A DNA stretch of 64,000 bases from SAR86 cluster bacterium AG-390-O18 (lineage in GTDB: Bacteria; Pseudomonadota; Gammaproteobacteria; Magnimaribacterales; AG-339-G14), in contig QCHF01000002.1 of NCBI GenBank assembly GCA_003279605.1, positions 213,088-277,087 of the forward strand, in the 5' to 3' direction. Both the position numbers and the translations under genes were made by a program. How positions within the stretch are numbered: position 1 is the stretch's first letter; each line of letters opens with the position of its first letter. Positions 10,023 to 20,351 of this stretch are shown here, piece by piece. Below the pieces are notes generated by a model. It was not told the origin of the DNA, ran no database searches, and saw only the letters and a program-made list of their open reading frames with translations.

Positions 10023-11231
10023 CTAATTTAACTCGTTTTTAAAACGCTCTCCTCTTTCTTTTGCTAATTTAAAAGCGGCGTTGGTTTCGGCTTCAACCTC
10101 GTCACGATGTTTTTGTTTTAACTCAGCATATTCTTCGGCCCACCAGCGTTTAGTAACTTGCGGGAAAGTGCCCATTCTATTTACGCTGGCATTTGCACCT
10201 CGATCGCGGCCTTGCTCATAACCTGCAGCACCAAGATTATCTGCCTTAGATTTACCAAATGGAATGAGATCTCCTTCCATTTTGGGAATTAGAAAGTAAG
10301 GCATTGAAATTCTTGTTTCTCCTTCAGGAATCAAAGTTGTGTTGACGCGATGCAAAGTTGCAGAATATTTACCCTCGCTTAAATGCATTAAAGTTCCGCC
10401 CGTATTTACGATAACCGACCCCGGAATTACAGGAACATGATATTCGCCAGGCATTGTTCTACATGTCACAGGAGCATCTATCCACTGACCATCTGCGGCT
10501 ACAACTTGCAAGCCAGGGCGATCATTAATCAATAAAGCTATAAAAGGAGGGCCATCTATGTGCGCTCCTACTTTGTTGCTTTTGAATTTTTGATATTCAT
10601 TGATGATTTTGTCTTTATCTTCTTCTGCGAAAGCAGACAAGCTATAGTTATGATTCAAGCTTGCAGCAAGATCGGGATCATCAAAATCAAAATATTCATG
10701 AAATGCGGAAACATCCTGGCCTAAAGATTCAACAATTGCCTCGCCAAGCAAATGGGTTAGGCGATGATAACGACCATTTAAGTCATCGATTGAAGGTTTG
10801 AAACCTGGGAAAGATTTAGCATCTGGCCAAGTATTTGGTCCTCGAAAAAGACGACGATGTATCGGCTGAGTTTTGTCGTCGTATTCGCATAAAGGTTCTT
10901 GCTCAAAACCATATTGAAAAGCTTCAATGACTTGTCCAAAGTTACTAACCGCAGGATTAGGCAAACTATATCCTCTGAAATAAGGCGTCTTGGCAATGTA
11001 TGCAGTTTTTTTCAATTCTCTTGAAGATTCAAAAAAGCCTCTTACTTCATGGAAGGCGCTTTGCTGAAAATCATCAGAAAATCCGGGTGCATTTGTAAGC
11101 ACCATAAATCCAAATTCTGATAATGCGTAAGATAGGTCTTTAAAAAATTTACTTGGGTCAGAATCTCTGTCCAACCAATTCACCTCAGGAAGCTCTAAGC
11201 TAGTATTGTTTTTCGATTTAGTTTCAGACAT
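10023..11231 (-). CDS. 2-oxoglutarate/Fe(II) dioxygenase, isopenicillin N synthase-like
   Basis: FRGY, GPN.WP, HID...LHRV...RIS metal/2OG motifs. Confidence 0.85.
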   Translation of the reverse strand: MSETKSKNNTSLELPEVNWLDRDSDPSKFFKDLSYALSEFGFMVLTNAPGFSDDFQQSAFHEVRGFFESSRELKKTAYIAKTPYFRGYSLPNPAVSNFGQVIEAFQYGFEQEPLCEYDDKTQPIHRRLFRGPNTWPDAKSFPGFKPSIDDLNGRYHRLTHLLGEAIVESLGQDVSAFHEYFDFDDPDLAASLNHNYSLSAFAEEDKDKIINEYQKFKSNKVGAHIDGPPFIALLINDRPGLQVVAADGQWIDAPVTCRTMPGEYHVPVIPGSVIVNTGGTLMHLSEGKYSATLHRVNTTLIPEGETRISMPYFLIPKMEGDLIPFGKSKADNLGAAGYEQGRDRGANASVNRMGTFPQVTKRWWAEEYAELKQKHRDEVEAETNAAFKLAKERGERFKNELN

Positions 11232-11303
11232 GTTAATTTTTACTTTATTTCTTCAAAGCGAGCATCCATTATATAAAAGTATAGTTAAATTTATATAGGG
11301 AGA

Positions 11304-12716
11304 GTGATGGATTCAGAAGTTGTTATTAGTGCTTTTCAAGAAGATTCGCTTGGTAGCGATGATGCTGTTGTCATTGCTGAGAAAATAAAGAAAGGAGAAT
11401 TGGATGCTAAAACAGTTACTCGGGATGCAATAAAGCGAGCTGAATTAGTAAATCCAAAATTAAATGCAATTGCTGTAAAAAACTTTGATTTTGCCCAAGC
11501 AGATTCCGAAAAGACTTTTTCAGGATTTTTCCAAGGCGTCCCAACTTTTATCAAAGACACCGATGAGGTGCCAGGGCTTCCTTTGTATTTAGGAAGTAGA
11601 AGTCTTCCGGGCGAGCCTTCCGAAAAATTTTCTAAAACTGCAAAACAAATTATTGATACTGGGCTTAATTGTTTGGGAACTACAACCACTCCTGAATTTG
11701 GGTTAACAGGAACTACTGAAAGCTTGCGTTTTGGTGCTACTTGTAATCCATGGAATCCAGATTACTCCACCGGCGGCTCTTCTGGGGGAAGCTCGGCGTT
11801 GGTGGCTGCAGGAGTAGTGCCAATAGCTCATGCAAATGATGGAGCAGGTTCCATAAGAATACCTGCGTCGTGTTGTGGATTAGTTGGGCTCAAAGCATCT
11901 AGGGGTCGGATAAAGGACAAAGAAGTTCCGGGTCATTTGCCCGCAAATATCTTTCATGATGGTGTGGTTACGAGATCCGTTAGAGACACATGGGCCTTTC
12001 ATGCTGAAATTGAAAAAAACATTCCCGCTACAGAATATCCTGCTATAGGAAACATATCGGAATCATTTCCTGAAAAGTTAAAAATTGCAGTTTTAACAGA
12101 AAACTGTCTTGGTGAGAACAGTTCTGCTGAGTTAGTTCAAGTAACTCATGATGTTGCCAAACTTTGTGATTCTCTGGGTCATAAAATTGAAATGATATCT
12201 AACCCCTTTTACAGAAAATTTGATGAAGATTTTTGGTTGTTATGGGCTCACTTTGGTTTCTTAATCAGATATTCGGGAAAAGAGTTCAGCCCAAAATTTG
12301 ATCATACTCAACTTGAACAATGGCCTAAGTATCTTATTGCTCGTCATTGGAAAAACATTCATAAAATTCCTTTTGCATTTTGGCGACTAAAGCGTTTTGT
12401 ATCTCAATACGAAAATTTTATGCAAAACTTCGATATCCTATTAACCCCAACTCTTGGCACTACCGTTCCTGAGCTTGGATTTTTTGGTCCTGAGGTTAGC
12501 GGACAGGACCACTGGGATAGAATTAATGATTTTCTTCCGTTCACTAAGTATCAAAACATATCGGGCGCGCCTGCTATAACTTTACCTTTCGGGACAGACA
12601 CAAAAGGTTTGCCTATAGGCATTCAACTTTCAAGTCGTTTAGGGGAAGACAGACTGCTGCTTAAGCTAAGTCTGCAGCTTGAGCAAAATTCGAATTGGAA
12701 AAGCTTGGGTAAATAA
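11304..12716 (+). CDS. Amidase-signature family hydrolase
   Basis: GVP.FIKD, GGSSGGS, DGAGSIRIPAS. Confidence 0.92.
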   Translation: MMDSEVVISAFQEDSLGSDDAVVIAEKIKKGELDAKTVTRDAIKRAELVNPKLNAIAVKNFDFAQADSEKTFSGFFQGVPTFIKDTDEVPGLPLYLGSRSLPGEPSEKFSKTAKQIIDTGLNCLGTTTTPEFGLTGTTESLRFGATCNPWNPDYSTGGSSGGSSALVAAGVVPIAHANDGAGSIRIPASCCGLVGLKASRGRIKDKEVPGHLPANIFHDGVVTRSVRDTWAFHAEIEKNIPATEYPAIGNISESFPEKLKIAVLTENCLGENSSAELVQVTHDVAKLCDSLGHKIEMISNPFYRKFDEDFWLLWAHFGFLIRYSGKEFSPKFDHTQLEQWPKYLIARHWKNIHKIPFAFWRLKRFVSQYENFMQNFDILLTPTLGTTVPELGFFGPEVSGQDHWDRINDFLPFTKYQNISGAPAITLPFGTDTKGLPIGIQLSSRLGEDRLLLKLSLQLEQNSNWKSLGK

Positions 12717-12725
12717 AAAATTTTA

Positions 12726-13160
12726 TCAATCTTTCTTTGCTTGGGAATTAGGAAAAAATCTCCATTGGCTAACTTTATGAGTTGCGCTTAGCACCAATAA
12801 ACCAGCAAAGATTCCTAGATTTTTGACAAAGTTCTGTGTTTCATGACCTGCATCTGTATTCGGATACTCGTTCCAAAAATCGTGTACACCGATATTAATA
12901 AAAATGGTCAGTGCGGCAAGAATCAAAGCTGATTCTTTTATGCGGAAACCTATTATCAGAGCGATGCCCAAAACTAATTGCAAGACTATTGTTAAGGGCA
13001 AAAGAATGCTTACCAAGGGAATAGAATGCAATGTCATGTATTCAGCTGTGAGTTCATAGGTTGGAATTTTAGAAATCCCTGGAAGAAAAAAATAAAGCCC
13101 AAGTAGCACTCTGCCGATTGTGAAACAGGTTTTTTCAAGAATTTTCCAGTTATTATCCAT
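12726..13160 (-). CDS. DoxX-family membrane protein
   Basis: GR.LLG..F...G..K, HDFW, NFVKNLGI.AGLL. Confidence 0.85.
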   Translation of the reverse strand: MDNNWKILEKTCFTIGRVLLGLYFFLPGISKIPTYELTAEYMTLHSIPLVSILLPLTIVLQLVLGIALIIGFRIKESALILAALTIFINIGVHDFWNEYPNTDAGHETQNFVKNLGIFAGLLVLSATHKVSQWRFFPNSQAKKD

Positions 13161-13163
13161 TCT

Positions 13164-14681
13164 TTATTTATTTTTTGATTCTTCTATTAGCTTGACAAGA
13201 TTTTCATGAATTATAGGCGCAGTATTTGGACCCAAAGACACCACCTCGCCATAAGTTTCTTCATTCTCTCCGTAGATCCAAGGGGCGTCTTCATCCCATT
13301 CGCTTTTTGGAATGATGTAACCAATAGCATCATTTGCTAAATTCACCATCAAATTAAGTTTGTCTGGAAATTGACTTCGCAAATTTGGAACTTCTTGTGG
13401 AGCCATGATGTAATCAGCGCCTATAGGATTTTCTATGCCTCCAACAGCAATTTCTGGATAGAGCTCTCCAGGAACGCCGGTAATAGATGCGTCTCCTATT
13501 TGTATAAATGCCACTTCACTGAGATAGCGTACAAATGGCGGCATCAGACTGAATTTAGGATCAGAATCAATCACGCCAAGTAAAGTTCCTAATGAGAGCA
13601 TGAAATTTTCTATACCTAATTCTATTTCTGTCGAGTGGACCGTTATCGATGGCTTTGGAGACTGCTTGAAATCACCTGCCTGAAAAGCCTCTATGACACT
13701 GCTTGCTAAGCTATATCCATACGTACGTGCTTTAGCATGACTTGGTTTAGTGAACGTTTTTTTTAAAATAGGATCATAAATTGGGTCGGTTGGTCCTGAT
13801 GTCATTAAGCCGCCAATGTTTCCTGTAAGCCATAACGTGGTTCCGCCGAGTCCGGCTCTAATTAGCTGATCGTTATAGTAAATGCCCTCGCTGATGCCTC
13901 TTCTTAAATAGCCTGCAACATCAGCAGTTAGTTCTAGATTTTTATCCCATGTAAGTTCGACGTGAATTCCAAAGTTAATTAACGAGCCAATAATTGAGCC
14001 ATCAGGGCGACTAAACAAAATTGCTCTTATGTCGTCATCTATTACGATGGGTTTTCGCTTGTCTTTTATAGGCGTGAGAGGATTAGTCGAAATTAAAGCC
14101 AAACTCATTTCTGCGGGCTCCAAATTATCTATAGCCATTTTTAATGAGCGTATAAAAGTTGTTTTGAGCTGCTCCATATAACCTTCATCAACGCCGCTCT
14201 TTAAAAAACCTGACCCCCAAAGACCTTGAGTATCTGGGCCCTCATGATTATGTGTTGCATGCACCATGATGTAATCTAGTTCCCACTCTTCAGGAACATC
14301 CTCACGCACACTAAGTACAAATTTTCGCATTAGCCCAATAGTGTCAGCGCTAATTATTCCTATCCGAGTCTGACCATCGTCAATCACGGCGGTTACCGCC
14401 ATAAGGTCGTCTTTAACTCCTTGAGCGGCTCGTTTATTTTGAAAACCTGCCATCCACACAGCATCAAATTGGTTATTGCCGTTTACATCGGTCCACTTAT
14501 CAATATCAGAATCAAATTGGGCATCGTTATTTGTATCTTCCCATTCATCAATTAGCTCAGGGGTGATTGGAAGCTCAGCAAACCCAACTTTAAATTCATT
14601 TGCATAAATTTGAGGAGCCGAAAAGATGCTAAACATCATAAAGATGTAAAGTCTGTTTTTTGTAAAACTAAAAAATATCAA
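13164..14681 (-). CDS. Neutral/alkaline ceramidase-like secreted hydrolase
   Basis: GFAE..ITP, ATHNHEGPD, H.E, PGE.YPE, ND.IGYI; N-terminal signal-like segment; start uncertain. Confidence 0.7.
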   Translation of the reverse strand: MIFFSFTKNRLYIFMMFSIFSAPQIYANEFKVGFAELPITPELIDEWEDTNNDAQFDSDIDKWTDVNGNNQFDAVWMAGFQNKRAAQGVKDDLMAVTAVIDDGQTRIGIISADTIGLMRKFVLSVREDVPEEWELDYIMVHATHNHEGPDTQGLWGSGFLKSGVDEGYMEQLKTTFIRSLKMAIDNLEPAEMSLALISTNPLTPIKDKRKPIVIDDDIRAILFSRPDGSIIGSLINFGIHVELTWDKNLELTADVAGYLRRGISEGIYYNDQLIRAGLGGTTLWLTGNIGGLMTSGPTDPIYDPILKKTFTKPSHAKARTYGYSLASSVIEAFQAGDFKQSPKPSITVHSTEIELGIENFMLSLGTLLGVIDSDPKFSLMPPFVRYLSEVAFIQIGDASITGVPGELYPEIAVGGIENPIGADYIMAPQEVPNLRSQFPDKLNLMVNLANDAIGYIIPKSEWDEDAPWIYGENEETYGEVVSLGPNTAPIIHENLVKLIEESKNK

Positions 14682-14715
14682 AAATTACTTCTCATCTTTT
14701 ATTCAACAATCAATA

Positions 14716-14754
14716 CTACCCCGACGTAACAGAATATATTTAAATAGTGAATAA
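14716..14754 (-). repeat. Decayed second copy of the [18-nt motif + glmS-end mimic] unit
   Basis: Minus strand TTATTCACTATTTAAATA-TAT TCT GTT ACG TCG GGG TAG aligns without gaps to 14858-14896 (24/39 identical). Confidence 0.55.
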
Positions 14755-14857
14755 GCTTTAATTATGCCTTTTACCTTTTTCCACTCAGATGAACTTTCGT
14801 AGGAGTCTTGAATATAGATTCTTAGATTTTTTTCTTTTGAAAACCCCACCTGTAGAA

Positions 14858-14878
14858 CTATTCAACCGTAACGGTTTT
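14858..14878 (-). repeat. Recoded duplicate of the glmS 3' end (KTVTVE*)
   Basis: AAA ACC GTT ACG GTT GAA TAG vs glmS AAG TCT GTA ACT GTG GAA TAG; 15/21 identical, 5 of 6 differences at third positions. Confidence 0.85.
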
Positions 14879-14898
14879 GTTCACAACAGTGAATAACA

Positions 14899-15288
14899 TT
14901 AATCTCTTTTTGGCAAACACATTAATAGAGTCAGAATAAAACATACTATTGAAATAAACATAGTGGACGCCAAGACAATCATTGTTATTTCATCGACTGA
15001 AGTTGCAGAACCGTCTTGCACTGACTCAAATCTCCACGCCCAAGATCGATAATGCAGACAAAAAGTAAAACCCCATGCCCCGCATAAAATACCTATCGCT
15101 TTTGAGTTTTTTAAAACTAGTACGCCACCCGTTACTAAAAGTGCGTCGGCGATTAAGTCAGGTAATAATCCTAAAAATGATTGTCCAAATTGTATTGTGT
15201 ATAAACTTTCTAATATGAAATGAATTGCAGTCACACAAAATGTAAAAATGACAAATCTTGTAATGAAGACTTGGTTATTTATTAACAT
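14899..15288 (-). CDS. Hypothetical 4-TM membrane protein (cassette cargo)
   Basis: 129-aa hydrophobic ORF (HF.LE, GAWGF, HYR.WAWR) exactly filling the space between the inverted repeats; GAGGG RBS. Confidence 0.75.
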   Translation of the reverse strand: MLINNQVFITRFVIFTFCVTAIHFILESLYTIQFGQSFLGLLPDLIADALLVTGGVLVLKNSKAIGILCGAWGFTFCLHYRSWAWRFESVQDGSATSVDEITMIVLASTMFISIVCFILTLLMCLPKRD

Positions 15289-15319
15289 TAAAAACCCTCT
15301 GCTTATTCACTGTTGTGAA

Positions 15320-17146
15320 CTATTCCACAGTTACAGACTTAGCTAAGTTTCTTGGCTGATCGATATCCGTACCTCTAAGCAGGGCTACTTCGTAAGAAAG
15401 AATTTGCAAAGGCACTGTATACAAAATAGGTGATAGCAAGAAATCGCATTCAGGCAAATTTATGAGGTTCTTTTGTTTCAATTTCATATTGCCTGCGGCA
15501 TTACCAACTACAAACAATTTGCCGCCCCTGGCTTTAACTTCCTCTAGGTTTGAAATCAATTTCTCTGCCAATTCGTTTTCGGGTGCCAGCGCAATAACGG
15601 GCATGTCTTTATCAATTAACGCAAGAGGTCCGTGTTTTAGCTCTCCAGCTGGATATGCTTCTGCATGAATATAAGAAATTTCTTTAAGTTTTAAAGAGCC
15701 TTCTTTGGCTATCGGGTAAAAAATACCTCTCCCTAAAAATAAAGCGTTGTCTTTTTTTGCTATTTCTTTAGCGATTTTAATGATCTTGGGTTTCAATTGA
15801 AGAGACTCGGAGATTATTTCAGGCAACGCCCTTAAAGCACCGACGACTCTCCCCCTTAATCTTGGATTTAGGTTTCTTGCTTTTGCCAAAGACAAAGTAA
15901 GTAACATCAAGGCGGTAAGTTGCGTTGTAAAAGCTTTGGTAGAGGCAACTCCTATTTCAGGACCGGCATTAGTCAAGAGGATAAAATCAGATTCTCTGGC
16001 AAGAGAGCTTGTGGGTACGTTGCAAATAGCAAGAGATCCCAAATAGTCTCTTTCTTTAGCATATCTCAATGCGCCCAAGGTATCCGCTGTCTCTCCCGAT
16101 TGAGAAATGGTTAATAACAAGGTGTTTTTATCGACGTAAGGGTTTTTGTAGCGGTATTCGCTCGCATAGTCTATTTGCGTTGGGAGGTTCGCAATTGCTG
16201 AAAACCAATTGGCTGCCACTCTGCCTGCATGCAGGCTTGTACCTGCAGCAACTATTTGAATTCTTTCTACTTTTGAGAGCAGCTCACTAGAACCTTCGCC
16301 AAAAATATTCTCGAGCACGTCCTCACCCCCAATCCTGCCGTCTAAAGTATTTAAAATTGCAGTTGGCTGTTCATAAATTTCTTTTTCCATGAAATGGCGA
16401 TAGCCATTTTTACCCATAGCCTCAGTTGAAACATCAATGTTGGTGATTTTTCTAATAGCTCTCTTATGGTTCTTATCTAAAATTTTGTACTCATTTGAGG
16501 AAACTTCTGCGACATCGCCATCTTCTAAAAAGATAAATTCGTTAGTTAGATCTGCAAGTGCCAAAGGGTCGGATGCGGCAAACATACCTGAATCTGATTG
16601 GCCCAAAAGAAGTGGTGATTTATTTCGCATCACATAGAAATGCGATTCGTTTTTTAAATCAATGGCAGCAACTGCGTAAGCGCCCTCAAGTTTTTCTTTC
16701 AACAGAGACATGGCTTCCAGCATCTCGCTTCTTTGGTTTAAGAAAAAATCCAGTTGGTGAGCTATTAACTCTGAGTCAGTTTGGGAATTAAATTGGTAGC
16801 CTTTTTTTATGAGTTGTTCTTTCAGGGCAACATAATTTTCAATGATACCGTTATGAACAATGAACACTCTATTATTAGAGGCGTGAGGATGGGCGTTCTC
16901 TTCTGAAGGTTTTCCATGGGTGGCCCACCTCGTATGAGCAATTCCAATTTTGCCCTTAGGCTTTTCTTTAACCATTTTGGATTCGAGCTTTTTGACTTTG
17001 CCTAAAGATCTAAGGTGTGCAATATCGTCTGTTTGATGCAAAGCCACGCCTGCAGAGTCATAACCCCGGTATTCCATCTTGTATAGACCCTGTACCAAGA
17101 GTTTGCCAACGCTTTTTTCAGTAGCTGCTGCAATTATTCCGCACAT
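15320..17146 (-). CDS. glmS: Glutamine--fructose-6-phosphate aminotransferase
   Basis: MCGI, HTRWATHG, SQSGETADT, PRNLAKSVTVE. Confidence 0.98.
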   Translation of the reverse strand: MCGIIAAATEKSVGKLLVQGLYKMEYRGYDSAGVALHQTDDIAHLRSLGKVKKLESKMVKEKPKGKIGIAHTRWATHGKPSEENAHPHASNNRVFIVHNGIIENYVALKEQLIKKGYQFNSQTDSELIAHQLDFFLNQRSEMLEAMSLLKEKLEGAYAVAAIDLKNESHFYVMRNKSPLLLGQSDSGMFAASDPLALADLTNEFIFLEDGDVAEVSSNEYKILDKNHKRAIRKITNIDVSTEAMGKNGYRHFMEKEIYEQPTAILNTLDGRIGGEDVLENIFGEGSSELLSKVERIQIVAAGTSLHAGRVAANWFSAIANLPTQIDYASEYRYKNPYVDKNTLLLTISQSGETADTLGALRYAKERDYLGSLAICNVPTSSLARESDFILLTNAGPEIGVASTKAFTTQLTALMLLTLSLAKARNLNPRLRGRVVGALRALPEIISESLQLKPKIIKIAKEIAKKDNALFLGRGIFYPIAKEGSLKLKEISYIHAEAYPAGELKHGPLALIDKDMPVIALAPENELAEKLISNLEEVKARGGKLFVVGNAAGNMKLKQKNLINLPECDFLLSPILYTVPLQILSYEVALLRGTDIDQPRNLAKSVTVE

Positions 17147-18492
17147 TATTTTTTCTTTATATTCCTTTGTCTTGATCTACCTATCGCCAGCCTTTCTGCA
17201 GGAACATCGCTCGTAACAACTGAGCCAGCACCAATCAAGCTGTTTTGGCCTATCCTTATAGGAGCTATCAAAGAGCTATTGGAACCAATAAAGGCGCCTT
17301 TGCCCACTTTTGTTTTGTTTTTATTTTTACCATCATAATTTACAAAGATAGTTCCTGCTCCAACATTAACTTTTTCTGAAACTTGACCGTCGCCAATGTA
17401 AGCCAAGTGCTTCGCTTTTGTTCCTTTGCCAATTTTACTGCGTTTTACTTCAACGAAATTTCCTATCTCAGAATTTTCTTCAAGGTGAGCATCGGGACCA
17501 ATGTGAGCATAAGGACCGGCCGTAACTTTTTTTTCTAAAATTGCGTTTTCAATAAAAGTGTAAGGTTCAATTTTTGAACCATCGCCTATTTTGGAATTTC
17601 TTATGATTGCTCCTGGTCCAATGATGACATTTTTTCCAATCTCTACTTTTCCTTCAAATACGCAATTGATGTCGATGCTGCTGCCTTTTTGAATTTTGAT
17701 CTCGCCTCTGAAATCGACTCTAGTTGGATCAGAGATAATGACTCCTTTTTTTGAAAACTCTTTAGCTTTCAACAGTTGATAGTTTCTCTCAAGTTGATTC
17801 AGCTCTTCTAGATTGTTTGCTCCCAAAACTTCCTCCTTACTATCAAGTTTGACAGCTTTTACTGGTATTTTGTTCTCATTTGCAAGGCTTACGATATCGG
17901 TTAAATAATATTCCTTTGCAGCATTTTTATTTTTCAAGCCTTGGAGAAGTTGTTCAAGCTTATTTGAAGCAATTGCCATAATTCCCGAATTTACTTCGGT
18001 GATTCTCTTTTGCTCTTTTGTTGCGTCTTTCTCTTCAACAATCCCAAGAACCTTTCCCCTGGAGCTCCTAATGATTCTGCCATAGCCCTTAGGAGATTGT
18101 TGCTCAAATGAAAGTAAAGCGAGACTGCTTTTTCCTGCCGCCCTAACCAGATGATTCATTGTAGAGCTTTTCACTAGGGGAACATCGCCATAGAGAATAA
18201 GTGCTACCGATCCTGCCCTTAAGCCTTTCAAGGCTTGTTTTGCCGCATGGCCTGTGCCTAATTGCTTTGCTTGTTTAGACCATTTGCTATTTTTAGGAGC
18301 AGAAACAGAAGCCTTCACCAAAGAGCCTTGGTCTCCCACAACAATGTGAGGTTGACAATTTTTCAATTCAAGTGAGGCTTCTAAAACATGTTGCAACAAA
18401 GCTTTGCCAGCAACTTTTTGTAATACTTTTGGGGAAGCAGATTGCATTCTCTTGCCTTTGCCGGCAGCTAAAATAATTGCGTCGATTTTCAT
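17146..18492 (-). CDS. glmU: Bifunctional UDP-GlcNAc pyrophosphorylase/acetyltransferase
   Basis: LAAGKGKRM.S..PKVL, QLGTGHA, EYYLTD, hexapeptide repeats. Confidence 0.97.
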   Translation of the reverse strand: MKIDAIILAAGKGKRMQSASPKVLQKVAGKALLQHVLEASLELKNCQPHIVVGDQGSLVKASVSAPKNSKWSKQAKQLGTGHAAKQALKGLRAGSVALILYGDVPLVKSSTMNHLVRAAGKSSLALLSFEQQSPKGYGRIIRSSRGKVLGIVEEKDATKEQKRITEVNSGIMAIASNKLEQLLQGLKNKNAAKEYYLTDIVSLANENKIPVKAVKLDSKEEVLGANNLEELNQLERNYQLLKAKEFSKKGVIISDPTRVDFRGEIKIQKGSSIDINCVFEGKVEIGKNVIIGPGAIIRNSKIGDGSKIEPYTFIENAILEKKVTAGPYAHIGPDAHLEENSEIGNFVEVKRSKIGKGTKAKHLAYIGDGQVSEKVNVGAGTIFVNYDGKNKNKTKVGKGAFIGSNSSLIAPIRIGQNSLIGAGSVVTSDVPAERLAIGRSRQRNIKKK

Positions 18493-18539
18493 GAACAGCC
18501 CAGATTAGAGCGTATTCTAGATTTTTAAAGGGCTTTTGA

Positions 18540-18953
18540 CTATTTCTTTCGCATTTTGCGAAGCGTCTGCAATCTTGCAGAAACTTCAGCGAGCTCGGCT
18601 TTGGCTTTGGAAAAATCGACATCCGAGCTGGCATTATCTCTTGCTCTTTCTGCCAACTCTCTGGCTCGCTCAGCCTCCGCCTCATCGATATCTTCTGCTC
18701 TTTCAGCAACATCGGAAAGCAAAGTTACTGCATCTGGCTGGACTTCAATGAATCCGCCAGAGAGAAAAAATATTTTTTCTTCCCCGCCTTCTAAAATTAC
18801 TTTCACTGGGCCTGCTTTGATGCCTGTTAGAAGTTGTGAATGCCCAGGCGTTATACCAAGTTCCCCCAAGGTCCCAGTAGCAACCACCATTTCTACCTGG
18901 CCAGAAAAAATTTCTGACTCGGCGCTAACGATGTTGCAAAGAATTGTTGACAT
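18540..18953 (-). CDS. atpC: ATP synthase epsilon
   Basis: GELGI.PGH, SGGFIEVQP. Confidence 0.96.
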   Translation of the reverse strand: MSTILCNIVSAESEIFSGQVEMVVATGTLGELGITPGHSQLLTGIKAGPVKVILEGGEEKIFFLSGGFIEVQPDAVTLLSDVAERAEDIDEAEAERARELAERARDNASSDVDFSKAKAELAEVSARLQTLRKMRKK

Positions 18954-18955
18954 GC

Positions 18956-20341
<1,386 letters not shown>

Positions 20342-20351
20342 TCAATAATTT

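Larger units (their letters stand above)
14855..15325. mobile_element. Putative single-gene cassette at the glmS stop codon
   Basis: Direct repeats GAACTATTC at 14855-14863 and 15317-15325; perfect inverted repeats GTTCACAACAGTGAATAA (14879-14896) and TTATTCACTGTTGTGAAC (15303-15320). Confidence 0.65.

Noticed and set aside
14697-14712. ATT GTT GAA TAA (IVE*) as a further glmS-end copy
   Set aside because: Too short and not preceded by the 18-nt motif at the right spacing.
14700-15320. Canonical Tn7 insertion at attTn7
   Set aside because: No tnsABCD/tniQ genes, no TGT...ACA ends with repeated TnsB sites, no 5-bp duplication; the junction is at the stop codon itself.
14716-15325. CRISPR array or classical integron
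   Set aside because: Too few repeats, partly inverted and irregularly spaced; no cas or intI in the window; ends do not match RYYYAAC/GTTRRRY beyond the AAC/GTT triplets.
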